From positions 1 through 32,552 of the forward strand of contig NW_021832761.1 of the NCBI RefSeq assembly GCF_006345805.1: 32,552 nt of DNA, given 5' to 3'. Positions 10,406-21,290 of this stretch are shown in pieces. The stretch's first letter is position 1; each line of letters begins with the position of its first letter. The notes below the pieces were generated by a model that worked only from the letters and a program-made list of their open reading frames with translations, had not been told where the DNA came from and made no database searches. A program made the position numbers and the translations under genes. Origin of the DNA: Octopus sinensis. Lineage: Eukaryota.

Positions 10406-10963
10406 ATACATATATGTATGTATGTGTGTATATGTTTGTGTGTGCTTGTGTGTGTATAAATATAAGTATATACATACATGCATACATACGTACACGAACC
10501 CTATAAACATGTCCAGACATATAAATATCTGTCAGTGAATGATTGATTATATATTATACTGTGATCTCTTTTACTTTTCTACCCTTTCGAGGATCATGAT
10601 TGGATTATTTGTGGACCACGATTTGGCACATATACAAACTAGTTGTTGTTTGTTGTTGTTGTTTCTGTTGTTAATGATGATGACGATGATGACTGAAGAC
10701 ATTTTCAAATCATTACCGACCCATCATATTTTCTGTAAACTGCGTAACAAAGACAAGAATATGCATTTTGCTCAAGTATAAGACCCAAAGGTGTTATTTA
10801 AGGGGATATTGTAATGGGGATATATTTCTAGCAAGCTGATACTTCTGGCATGTGAAACTTCTTGGAAGCCCCGTATTGTCTATCTGAATCGCATTAGTTG
10901 TGTGGTGAGAAGTTTGTTTCCCAACTACATATATGTGTGTATGTATATATATGTATGTATAAA

Positions 10964-11187
10964 GCGGCGAGCTGGCAGAAACGTTAGCACGCCGGGCGAA
11001 ATATTTAGCGGTATTTTGTCTGCCGCTACGTTCTGAGTTCAAATTCCGCCGAGGTCGACTTTGCCTTTCATCCTTTCGGGGTCGATTAAATAAGTACCAG
11101 TTACGCACTGGGATCGATATAATCGACTTAATTCCTTTGTCCTTGTTTGTGCCTCTATGTTTAGCCCTATGTGGGCAATCAAGAAAT
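10964..11187 (+). mobile_element. SINE family B, full length
   Basis: A box TGGCAGAAACG, B box GAGTTCAAATTCC; GTCGACTTTGCCTTTCATCCTTTCGGGGTCGAT-AAATAAGTACC resembles the Nin/Deu SINE domain as I recall it. Confidence 0.9.
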
Positions 11188-11259
11188 GCATGTATGTATG
11201 TATGTATGTCTGTGTGTGTTTACGTATGTATGTGAATGTATTGCGTGTGTGTATGTGTG

Positions 11260-11290
<31 letters not shown>

Positions 11291-11376
11291 CACATATGTA
11301 TGTGTGTGTGTGTATGCATGCATATATGTGTGTGGATTCATGTGTGTATGTGTGTGTGTATGTATGTATTCATGTA

Positions 11377-11724
11377 GGTGACGGCATATGACTCAGTTGA
11401 AAGAGCATCAGGCTTACAATCATCAAGGTAGTGATCTCGATTCCCGGACTGGGCTGCGTGTTGTGTTCTTGAGCAAGACACTTTATTTCACGTTGCTCCA
11501 GTTAAGTCAGCTTTTGAAATGAGTCGCAACATCACTGGTACCAAGCTGTATCGGCCTTTGCCTTTTCCATGGACAACATCGGTGGTGTTGAAAGAGGAGG
11601 CCGGTATGCATTGGCGACTACTTGTCTTCCATAAACAAAACTGCCCGGACTTGTGCCACGGAGGGGAACTTTCTAGGTCCAATCCCATGGTCAGTCATAA
11701 TTGAAAGGGATCTTTACCCTTTTT
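11377..11724 (+). mobile_element. tRNA-headed SINE with MetaSINE-like central domain
   Basis: A-box-like TGACTCAGTTG, B-box-like TCTCGATTCCC, then GTGTTGTGTTCTTGAGCAAGACACTTTATTTCAC; domain name assigned from memory of the Meta consensus. Confidence 0.7.
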
Positions 11725-12188
11725 CTGTATGTATGTATGTATGTATGTATGAAATGTATGTATGTATGTATGTATGTATGTATGTATGTATGTATGTATG
11801 TATGTATGTGGGCATGCATGTATGTATGCATGCATGCACAGGATATATTAGCAGATAAAAAATGTCGGCATTAACTGTAGAAATACCGGCTCACGTGATT
11901 TCTACATATATTGCGCGTCATCTTCAACAGTGACCCCAAACTTAATAAAATTTCGTTGGAAATGATATTAAAAAAGAGTGGGTTATATGAAGTCTCTACT
12001 TTAGGGACTTGCAATTTCTCGAGGAATCTAAGCTGATCTAACGCGCAAAAATGATAACATTTTAACCTAACAAACATATACGTGAATATTTAGAATAAAA
12101 TCCTGAATGAGTGAATTTGGCAACGTAATAACATATATATATTGTGTTTCGTGTGGCTTGTTTGAGTCTATATATCTAAATATATGCA

Positions 12189-12246
<58 letters not shown>

Positions 12247-12247
<1 letters not shown>

Positions 12248-12463
12248 TTACTACCCAGAAGGGGCTAAACATAGATGGGATAAACAAGGACAGACAAACG
12301 GATTAAGTCGATTATATCGATCCCAGTGCGTAACTGGTACTTAATTTATCGACCCCGAAAGGATGAAAGGCAAAGTCGACCTCGGCGGAATTTGAACTCG
12401 GAACGTAACGACAGACGAAATACGGCTACGCATTTCGCCCGGCGTGCTAACGTTTCTGCCAGC
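12247..12463 (-). mobile_element. SINE family B, near full length
   Basis: Reverse complement closely matches 10964-11187. Confidence 0.9.
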
Positions 12464-12695
12464 TGTGTGTGTGTGTGTGTGTTTGTGTGTCTGTGTTTGT
12501 CCCCCTAGCATTGCTTGACAACAGATGCTGGTGTGTTTACGTCCCCGTCACTTAGCGGTTCGGCAAAAGAGAGCGATAGAATAAGTACTGGGCTTACAAA
12601 GAATAAGTCCCGGGGTCGATTTGCTCGACTAAAGGCGGTGTTCCAGCATGGCCGCAGTCAAATGACTGAAACAAGTACAAGAGTAAAAGAGAGTA
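12464..12695 (+). mobile_element. SINE family A, 3' half, abutting the head of the family B copy
   Basis: Begins at (GT)n immediately after GCCAGCT; intact Nin-like segment and tail. Confidence 0.88.
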
Positions 12696-12816
12696 ATTAA
12701 ATTACATCATCTAGAAAATTCCATATAATAGAAGAGTTAAAATAAAAATAACAATTAAAAAGTAAAGATTAAGTAAATTACAAAAATAATATAAGGTATA
12801 TAATAGGTAGAAAAAC

Positions 12817-12896
12817 GACACGTGTTTCGCTGCTATATTTAAGAAATGATTATAGTAGTAGAGAAATCACTTGCATATAAATATAGGCGCTCATCA
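12817..12896 (-). ncRNA. Minimal type I hammerhead-ribozyme-like motif lacking C3 and stem I 5' strand
   Basis: Minus strand reads TGATGA, stem II (11/13 pairs), GAAAC, palindromic ACACGTGT stem III, GTC triplet. Confidence 0.55.
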
Positions 12897-13287
12897 CTCT
12901 CTTTTATTTCTCTCTTTTACTACTCTTACTTGTTTCAGTCATTTGACTGCGGCCATGCTGGAGCACCGCCTTTAGTGGAGCAAATCGACCCCAGGACTTA
13001 TTCTTTGTAAGCCTAGTACTTATTCCATCGGTTTCTTTTGCTAAACCGCTAAGTTATGGGGATGTAAACACACGCGATGTTGAGGGGACAAACACACACA
13101 CACACACATATATATGCATATATATAATGGGCTTCTTTCAGCTTCCGTCTATCAAATCCACTCACAAGGCTTTGGTCGGCCCGAGGCTATAGTAGAAGAC
13201 ACTTGCCTAAGGTGCCACGCAGTGGGACTGAATCCGGAGCCATGTTGTTGGTAAGGAAGCTACTTACCACACAGCCACCCCTGCGCC
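12897..13287 (-). mobile_element. SINE family A, full length
   Basis: All modules present; head ends CAGCCACCCCTGCGCC. Confidence 0.92.
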
Positions 13288-13288
13288 T

Positions 13289-13640
13289 TCCATTTTCATT
13301 CATTTTCCATGCTAACATGGGATGGATGGTTTGACAGGGGTTGGTTAGACAGAAGACTGCATCTGACTTCACTATCTACTTTAGCATTGTTTTACAGCTG
13401 GATGTCCTTCCTAACATCAACCACCTCACATAGTGGACTGAATGCTTTTTATGTAGCACCAGTATCAGCAAGGCCTGTTTTGGCATGGGTTTTACAGCTG
13501 GACACTCTTCTAAACACCAATCACTTTACAGAGTGGGCTAGATGAACCGGCACTGGGAGGGTCACCAAGTAACTTGCAAAACAAAGACCCTTCGAGACGG
13601 AGGGAGGCGACATTGGAGGAGGTGTCCTTGTGCTAGGTGA
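13289..13640 (-). mobile_element. RTE-type non-autonomous retroposon (family C), diverged, with internal duplication
   Basis: TTTTCCATGCTAACATGGG and two copies of TTTTACAGCTGGA...TTC.TAAC..CAA.CAC; homologous to 14502 and 27211. Confidence 0.65.
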
Positions 13641-13664
13641 TGAGAGGTTGGAACGTAACATATA

Positions 13665-14085
13665 AATACCTACTTATAAATATAAATAACCTTCTTGTCA
13701 TCATATCCAACAATATGCATTCTTATGTAGATGATACAGCTTTTCACTCTATCCTAACCATTCTTAACCACATATACCCATGCAATCCAGGTGCAACATG
13801 TCAAATTAGTACTGATTTTAAGAAGAGGACTTGAAAGTTCCTTTCAGTAGACCATACCAATCTTGTCTCTTCCAACAGCAAAAATTCACAAGCACCTCAC
13901 TTCTTAAGCATGAGCAGCACTTAACTAGAGCCCTCATAGCCAATTCAAATGTTAGGTTTCACTATCACCAAGAGCCAGGTGAAAACACATCCTTAACATA
14001 GCTAGGACTACATCTCAAAAATTGGTCCTTCTCTCCAGAGTCAGACAAAATACTTCAGCTCCAGACAATTGCTGACACTGCAAAG
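13665..14085 (+). pseudogene. Decayed LINE reverse transcriptase fragment (CR1/L2/Jockey group)
   Basis: LININNLL...MHSYVDDTAFH with a YxDD-like motif at 13724-13735; downstream broken frames read MLGFTIT, HILNIARTTSQKL, LLSRVRQ, FSSRQLLTL. Confidence 0.75.
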
Positions 14086-14501
14086 GATAGGAAACATTTT
14101 GGCACAGCTTATTTGGCATTGCTGATTTACCACTGATTTATTTGACATCTCTTGTTTGGGCGCTCTCTCTGTTGATGTGTGAGCATATTTTTCCTTATGT
14201 GTATGAGGAGAAGGAAAATGTTCTGTCGTTTATGTTCAATTAATAAATTGCAATGTCTCTCCCTCTCTCTGTTTATGTGTGTGAGCATTTAATTACATTT
14301 GTTTGTGTAACACCACTCTGTCTGTATTCTTTTATTTGTTTCAGCCATACTGGAGCACCACCTCGAAGTATTTAAAGAGTTAATTTATGAGCTGATGAAA
14401 TACAAGATTGAAACAGCTTGACTAAACCCTATTTTTCTGTTCACGAAGATATCATATATAAGGATACAGTACAGTTTAGCATTGAAACAAAACCCTGATA
14501 A

Positions 14502-14890
14502 CATCATCACCATCATTTAGTGTCCATTGTCTATGCTAGCATCGGTTGGACTGTTGGATCAGGGCCGGCACTGGAAGGCAGCACCAGACCCCAGTTTGAT
14601 TTGGCATGATTTGTATGGCAGGATGCTTTTCCTAACACCAACCACTCTGAGAGTGTAATGGGTGCTTTTTATGTACCACCAGCATGGGTACCATTATCTG
14701 CCACAGCTGCAATTTTACCTGGCTTGATGGGTCTTATCAAGCACGACATAATGCCAAAGGTATCGGTCATTGCCTCTGGGAGGCCCAACACTTGAAAAGA
14801 GCTTTCCAGGTGCCACTGGCATTGGCCACTTTGCTTCCGCGAGGCCCAATGCTAGAAAGGTGCTTTTTACATGCAACCGGCACGTAAAAA
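14502..14890 (-). mobile_element. RTE-type family C retroposon with (CAT)n tail on the + strand and internal ~65-bp duplication
   Basis: CATCATCACCATCATTTAGTGTCC...ATGCTAGCAT.GGTTGGA...GGATGCTTTTCCTAACACCAACCAC; GAGGCCCAA..CT.GAAA.G.GCTTT occurs twice. Confidence 0.7.
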
Positions 14891-15294
14891 CAACTCAAGT
14901 AATTTATAAATGAGATGTTTAATTATGTTAACAGTAACTTAACTGAAATAGCAAAATGTACTTGGTCATTTGAAAGTCTGGTCATGAATGCACTGACCAC
15001 TTTGTATTGTATCCATTTTGCCGTCCAATTTACAAAGATACATCATTCAAAAAAAAAAAAAAAAAGAAAAAATGAGCCTGAAACAGATTCTACACTTCTT
15101 ACAGTAACTGAACTTAATGAACCTCTCCTCCTATTAAGTGCTGCAGATGTTGTCAATTTTTAGTTTGCTTGAATTGTGTATAATTTCGCTCTAAATTCAT
15201 TTGAATAAGCACTTTTGTGTTTAAGAATAGATTTTTTTCCTTTTACCTAGTCCCTCTATTTTTTATTATGTTTTTAGCACATTTTAAAAAGCTC

Positions 15295-15927
15295 TGGCAT
15301 AATTACACGAGTGTGCCCCTCATAACATCCAGAAAAATAGGTATATTTTAATAAAATTTTCCACAAATATACTACAGATGATGTAGATTCCAGTTATAAC
15401 GACTTTGTTGTGAGAAAAGATTTTCGAGGGTGGGAGAGAGAGGTTTTTGAAAATACACTCGTGTTGGCTTTGTTTCCTCAAAACTTTTCCCCAAAATGGA
15501 TATTTTTTAATGAAATTTTCTGTAAATACCTTTCACATTATGTTTATTACAATTAAATCGGAATTTAAAACGAACCCCCCACCCCCCCAAAAAATTAGTA
15601 GGCTTGCACACATATGTACACCGAATGTATGTGTGAGAGCTCACCATTTTTTTTTATTCATATTAAATTCCGATATACCATCTGAAAAATATTTGTAGAA
15701 AATTTCATATTAAAAGTACCCAGTTTTCTTATGAGGAAACAAAGCCAACATTTGTGGATTTTCACGAATTCCGATCTCACAAATTTCACAAATTCTAATA
15801 TTATAATAATCTGCACCATCTGAAGCATATTTGTTAAAAAATTGCACCAAAAAATATTCATTTTTCTGGAAGTTATGAGGAAACAAAGTGAAGAGACACG
15901 CATACACACACTCGTGTAGGTATGCCA
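15295..15927. mobile_element. Foldback/MITE-like element with modular ~270-bp inverted arms
   Basis: TGGCATA..TACACGAGTGTG (15295-15315) versus CACACTCGTGTA..TATGCCA (15907-15927); subunit TTTGTTTCCTCATAAC...AAATAT...CAGATG occurs twice in each arm. Confidence 0.8.
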
Positions 15928-15954
15928 ATGGTCTTGCATTAGAACAGCCAAATA

Positions 15955-16090
15955 TTACTGGAGCCTTTCTTGTTTAAAAAAGTGACACATAAGATAATGC
16001 GATCCTAGATACCCGATCGGAATAAATACAGGATGGTCAGTACCAGAACGTCTTTGATCATAAGTTTGCTCAATTACCGAAACTAAATTC
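15955..16090 (+). repeat. Diverged interspersed repeat (family D), also at about 20090-20275 and possibly 32085-32222
   Basis: GACACATAAGATAATGCGATCC versus GACATATAAGATAATGTAGCCC, followed by GGTCA...AGAA.GTCTTT. Confidence 0.45.
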
Positions 16091-16542
16091 ATCCATATAA
16101 AAAAAGAAAAGAAAAAAAAAAGAAACTCGTCAAGAAATATTCTCCGAATCGTTTACAGTGTACCTATATTTGATAGTAACAATGTACGTTGAGAATTCAA
16201 TTTAAGAAAGATATGCTTTAATCGCTTTCGGAAGCTGACATCTACACATCACAAGCGCACTTGGTGAGCAACCGAAAGCCATAGAATGATTTTTAATAGT
16301 CATAATAATAATAATAATTAGGCGCCTATTTTTCTAGATTACATAGATGTGTTGTATACAATGAATATAAACAACGGAAGTAATCCGAACACATTAACAA
16401 ATATACGAAGAAAATAGTTATACAGACATACAATGGAATAGTGGTGTGTCACTGACACCGCTTTGAACATACATCAGGAATAATAAGACGGCATGTAGCA
16501 AAGCTAGTAGAAAGAACAATAAAATAATTAATTAATAAATAT

Positions 16543-16576
<34 letters not shown>

Positions 16577-16579
<3 letters not shown>

Positions 16580-16699
16580 CTGCTCGCTTAACCAGCGGGG
16601 TGGCGTCATTTGAAAGCTAAAAAACAATGCGAAGCGCATTGTGACCAGCGATGTGTAGCAACATCTGATAGCCTGGTCGGTCACGGTGATCACGGTGAT
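16577..16699 (+). mobile_element. Short structured retroposon 3' end inserted in (TA)n
   Basis: GC-richer island with perfect hairpin CAATGCG-AAG-CGCATTG (16625-16641), GACCAG/CTGGTC stem, and tandem TCACGGTGA tail. Confidence 0.55.
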
Positions 16700-18085
16700 A
16701 TATATATATATATGTATATGAAAATTCTAAATATACGTAAGTGAAAAATAAAATAATACTTCAATAATTAAATACTTTAAAATTTAATAAAATATACAAA
16801 GCTATTACAAGTCATTAAATAGTAATCAAAATAAGAAATGTTTCAAATATAGACAAACTCCTTACATAAGCTGACCATATAATAAATATACATGTGTAGT
16901 ATCTATAGATTTAATATAACAATAGATAGCAAAATTGACTAAATATCAAATAATATAATACCTAATTAACTTCAATTTAGTATTACAAATGCATAATCCA
17001 CTTATATATCAATAAATAATATAATATATTATAAAAAATATATATATATATGTTCATTTGTTCAACTAAACGCTTCAAAGCAGTGCTCCATCATGGCCTG
17101 GGAGAAGTGAACAAATAAAAAATAGTATATATATATAAATATGCGTGTGTAACATAATTATAGACATTATATGATAACTATTTATGTTTTTTTACACAAA
17201 TATATAAGTTATGTGTTGTACGTACTGTTTATAATACATATACACTATATATATATATATATACATATAACTGTGCGTGAATGTATGTGTGTGTTTGTGT
17301 TTGTTTGCGTGTATGTGTCTGTGTGTGCGCGTGTCTGTGTGTATGTCTGTCTGTCTGTCTGTCTATGTGGTGTGTGTGGTAATCTCTTTACTTATTTAAC
17401 CAGCTTTCGTGCAAACAGTCGCTCATTTCATATTGTTTCTGTCTCTCTTCCGCCAAAACACTTTTTGATAAATGTTTTAAACCAACAACTATTTATCAAA
17501 ATATTAGCCGTGCACCACATTATACATCACACCACAACCGTAGCACTCACCGGCACCGCTCCCCGCACAACACACTCACACAAACTCTGGACCTCACCGT
17601 TTATACAAACTCTGTACCACACCCACCCCACGCTTAATACGCTATGAAGAATGGGTGTTGGAATATCGTAGCCAGTTCATTGTTCGTGTACCGTTTTGTT
17701 GATCACTTTAATGTCTTTCTAGCCATTTCACTGGCTTAAAGAATCCCACTGTCAAGAGAAGCGATGTTTAATGAGGAATTTCTGCAAATTATTATAGATT
17801 ATGCATTGCAAAGTGGGCAGATGGATGATAACGAGCCAAAAGTTTCCACTGGTGAAGGCTAAACAGAAATAAAACTGATTGGTTATGTATGAACTGGCTT
17901 GCAGAAAAGGGCGTGTGTTTGGATTGGTAAAATCTGTAGATCGACAGCGAAATAAATGCATCACTTTATGGTGTTATTCACTTATATGCCTGAAGGATCT
18001 GAGTTCAATTCCTGCTTAAACTGAGACACTGCGTTTCTTCTTTATATATTGGATATAATTGTTTTTAATCGAATCTCAGGCTCAG

Positions 18086-18470
18086 GCTCAGGAGTAGATC
18101 TGTGGTAAGAAGTTTGCTTTACGACCACATGTTTCCGAGTTCAGTCCCACTGCGTGGCATTTTGGTCATGTGTCTTGTAGGTGGATTTGGGGACGGAAAC
18201 TGATAGAAGCTTCTAGTATATATGTGTATGTGTGTGTGTATGTGTTTACGAGTGTGTGTGAGTGTATGTGTGTCCCACCACCGTTTAAAACCGGTGTTGG
18301 TGCGCTTAAATCCCCGTAACAGCAGTTTGGAAAAAGAGACTGATAGCGTATGTACCAGTGTTTAAGAAACAAGTACTGGACTCGAAGCGTTGGAGTAAAA
18401 TTCATCAAGGTGGCGCCCCAGCATGGCCGCAGTCTACATGACTGAAACAAGTAAAAAAGGTAAAAAAAAC
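18086..18470 (+). mobile_element. SINE family A, older subfamily with internal deletion
   Basis: Head, B box GAGTTCAGTCCC, tail GGTGGCGCCCCAGCATGGCCGCAGTCTACATGACTGAAAC. Confidence 0.8.
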
Positions 18471-18489
18471 AATAATAAATAGGTTCTAG

Positions 18490-18915
18490 GCTTGAAATTT
18501 TGAAGAGGCTCATCGATTATATCGACTTTAATGCCACTTTATTTAATCGACCACAAAAGCAAAAAAAAAAAAAAAAACGGCAAAGTGACTTCACCGGAAT
18601 TTGAACTTCAGATATAATGAGCCGAAGATATGCCGTTCAGCGTTTTACAACATGCTAACCATTCTGCCAACTCACCGTCTATCTGTAGCAGATAAAATAA
18701 TGTTGCAAATATCGCCTGAGGTTTCTTTAATCTTCTCAAATTGACTACATAGGACGACAAGCTTGCAGAATTTTTAGAGGGTCTAGCGAAATGCTTAGCG
18801 ACATTTCTTCTGACTCTTTACCTTCTGAGTTCAAATCTCACCGATGTCAATTTTGCCCTTTATATTTTTTTTATATTGGTTTGAGGTTCGATAAAATAAA
18901 GTACTGCGGCCAATG
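18490..18915. mobile_element. Two degenerate SINE family B copies, head to head (about 18490-18675 minus; about 18765-18915 plus)
   Basis: GGCAAAGTGACTTCACCGGAATTTGAAC; TTCTGAGTTCAAATCTCACCGATGTCAATTTTGCC...TTCGATAAAATAAAGTAC. Confidence 0.65.
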
Positions 18916-19151
18916 TACTCGCCTTACCCTCCTTTGTTAGCTATCCTTGTACACTCCAATAGATTGGAGTTCCATTCAAAGGGAATGTTGTGACCTCGGT
19001 CACTTATATCCCATGAAAACCGAGGAAGCAATCTTATGAGTCCTAAAGTTTGAGAAAATTATTTGACTACATACACTACTACGAAATCTATTAGCTTGTT
19101 TTTTAACGTTGCAAGTTCAAATTTCACCAGATTTTAATTTTATTTTCAAAC

Positions 19152-20009
19152 TTCTTTACTCTTACTCTTTACTCTTTTACTTGTTTCAGTCATTTGACTG
19201 CAGCCATGCTGGAGCACTGTCTTTTTAGTCGAGCGAATCGAAACCAGGACTTATTCTTTGTAAGCCTAGTACTTATTCTATCGGGTTTTGTTGCCGAACC
19301 GCTAAGTTACAGGGATGTAAACACACCAGCATCGGCTGTCAAGCGATGTGGCGGGGGTGGGGCAAACACAGACACACAATTATATACACACACATACATA
19401 TATATGTAGGTTCTTGGTCTCAAGCATTTGTCTTATGAAGAAAGGCTGAAGACGCTCGACCTTTATTCTCTAGAAAAACGACGACGCCGTGGTGATCTCA
19501 TTCTTGCTCACAACATCATAAGCGGAAAGTGTAACCTCTCGAAAGAGCTGTTCTTCACTCCTGCTCCAGAGCGTCGGCTGCGGGGTCACTCCGAAAAGCT
19601 CTATCTGCGACGATTTCATCTCAATCGAAGGAGAGGGGGCTTTCTCCGTCCGGGTTGCGGATCCGTGGAATAAGCTGCCGGACGAGATAGTGAAGATGCC
19701 GACGACCGCTCGGTTCAAAGTCTCTCTTGACCAGAAATGGCCTGAACTCTTTCCATGAACACCACCCTGTACATAAGTCCATGTCCCCCTACATGGCCTT
19801 GCTTTTTGCTTTTTGAGCCAAAAAATTAACTTAACTTAACTATATACATATATACGACGGGCTTCTTTCAGTTTCTGTCTACCAAATCCACTCACAAAGC
19901 TTTGGTTGGCTCGCGGCTATAGTAGGAGACACTTGCCCATGATGTGGGACTGAACCCGGAGCCATGTGGTTGGTAAGCAAGCTACTTACCACACAGCCAC
20001 TCCTGCGCC
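19152..20009 (-). mobile_element. SINE family A, full length, split by a LINE insertion in its central microsatellite
   Basis: 3' half 19152-19405 and 5' half 19841-20009. Confidence 0.92.
19406..19840 (+). mobile_element. 5'-truncated CR1-type LINE 3' end with one frameshift; (TTAAC)n tail
   Basis: LGLKHLSYEERLKTLDLYSLEKRRRRGDLI...LRGHSEKL; frameshift at the G-run 19635-19639; then FSVRVADPWNKLPDEIV...FKVSLD; stop 19756-19758; hairpin CCATGT-CCCCCT-ACATGG at 19779-19796. Confidence 0.92.
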
Positions 20010-20300
20010 TCTTTGTTCGAAAATACAAATAAAGTTCCACTTGAAATGTTTGCAACTTCCCAGGGTTATTGCAAAGTACGAACTACATGATCTATCGACT
20101 TGTCAGAAATCGCGGACATATTTCTCTCAAATCAGACCTTAAAGAACACAAAAACTAAAAAAGGACATATAAGATAATGTAGCCCTTGTTAAGATATTTC
20201 TAAAAACAAGGCGTGTTGGTCACAATTAGAAAGTCTTTCTTATGTCTACTGACTCTATTTTGAGCTGAGATTAACAATAAAAGCTTCATTTTATTTCTTA

Positions 20301-20694
20301 CTAGCAGTATCGCCCGGCGTTGCTCGGGTTTGTAAGGGAAATAACTATATAAGCATTTTTAGAGATGTAAAGTATAATAGCCATCTCAATATGGCTAACC
20401 ACAAAGGGGGGGTTGTTACTGTAGCTTTTTACGTTCTGAGATTTAATAATAAATTTTTAGAGAGTTACTTCCCTTATATATGCCAAAAATGCATTAAAAA
20501 TAGGAAAAATTGATGGTAATTTTTTTTTAAAATCATAGACTCATCGTAGACGCGCGCTAATACCCAGAAAGGCTCGATATGAATCACGACTATAAGATAC
20601 CCGGTTTTGGTTAAACTGCACCGCAAAATGTGGGAGTAGTTAGGAATCTAAATCGTAGGAGACAGACACACAACTTCACTTTTATATATAAAGA
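20301..20694 (-). mobile_element. Non-autonomous Helitron (394 bp)
   Basis: Minus strand reads A|TCTTTATATATAAAAGTGAAGTTGTGTGTCTGTC...CCCGAGCAACGCCGGGCGATACTGCTAG|T, with a GC-rich subterminal hairpin about 8 nt before CTAG. Confidence 0.88.
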
Positions 20695-20899
20695 TATTTT
20701 CTCAAGCTGTAAACATTCCAAACCTCTTAAAATAACTGGTCACATGAGACGATCGACACCTCTCACATGCAAAATGTCTTTTTACTTGTATGTCTATTTA
20801 TACATTTTTCTTTCCTTTGCTTAATCGTGGAACAGGTTATTTGCTGACAAAACAAGGTTTATGATGTGCTAATAACGATAAAATTGGTTTCACATTTTG

Positions 20900-21290
20900 G
20901 CACAAGGTAGAGAATTCTGTGGGAGAGAGTAAGTCGATTACATCGACCCCAATGCTCTACTGGTACTCATTTTATCGATCCCGAAAGGATGAAATGCAAA
21001 GTTGACCTCTGCTGTGTTTGATTTCAAAATTTAAAAACGGACGAAATGCCACTTAGTGGTATACATTTATGTTGTGGGTGCAGAACGGAATTTCCTGATA
21101 CAGTTGAGAGGAATGCATCACTAACATTGTCAGAGAACTAGTCTTTGGTGAGGTAGCAATGAAATTGGGCAGAAGAACCTAGTCAATACAATCGACATGA
21201 GTATGCAACCGGTATTAAATTTATTGAACTTGAAAGAAGGAAAAACAAAGTCTAACTAGAAAGGATTTGAACTCACAGCGCAAAGAGCTG
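20900..21290 (-). mobile_element. Degenerate SINE family B copies (about 20900-21050 and 21180-21290)
   Basis: GTCGATTACATCGACCCC...CTGGTACTCATTTTATCGATCCCGAAAGGATGAAATGCAAAGTTGACCTC. Confidence 0.7.

Noticed and set aside
16224-16279. GCTTTCGG/CCGAAAGC inverted repeat with a TGGTGA...GAAA hammerhead-like look
   Set aside because: Only 8 bp; no stem III or cleavage triplet consistent with a hammerhead.
17764-17862. Short ORF MFNEEFLQIIIDYALQSGQMDDNEPKVSTGEG as a possible exon
   Set aside because: In-frame stop just upstream after the candidate acceptor, no recognisable domain, only 32 aa.
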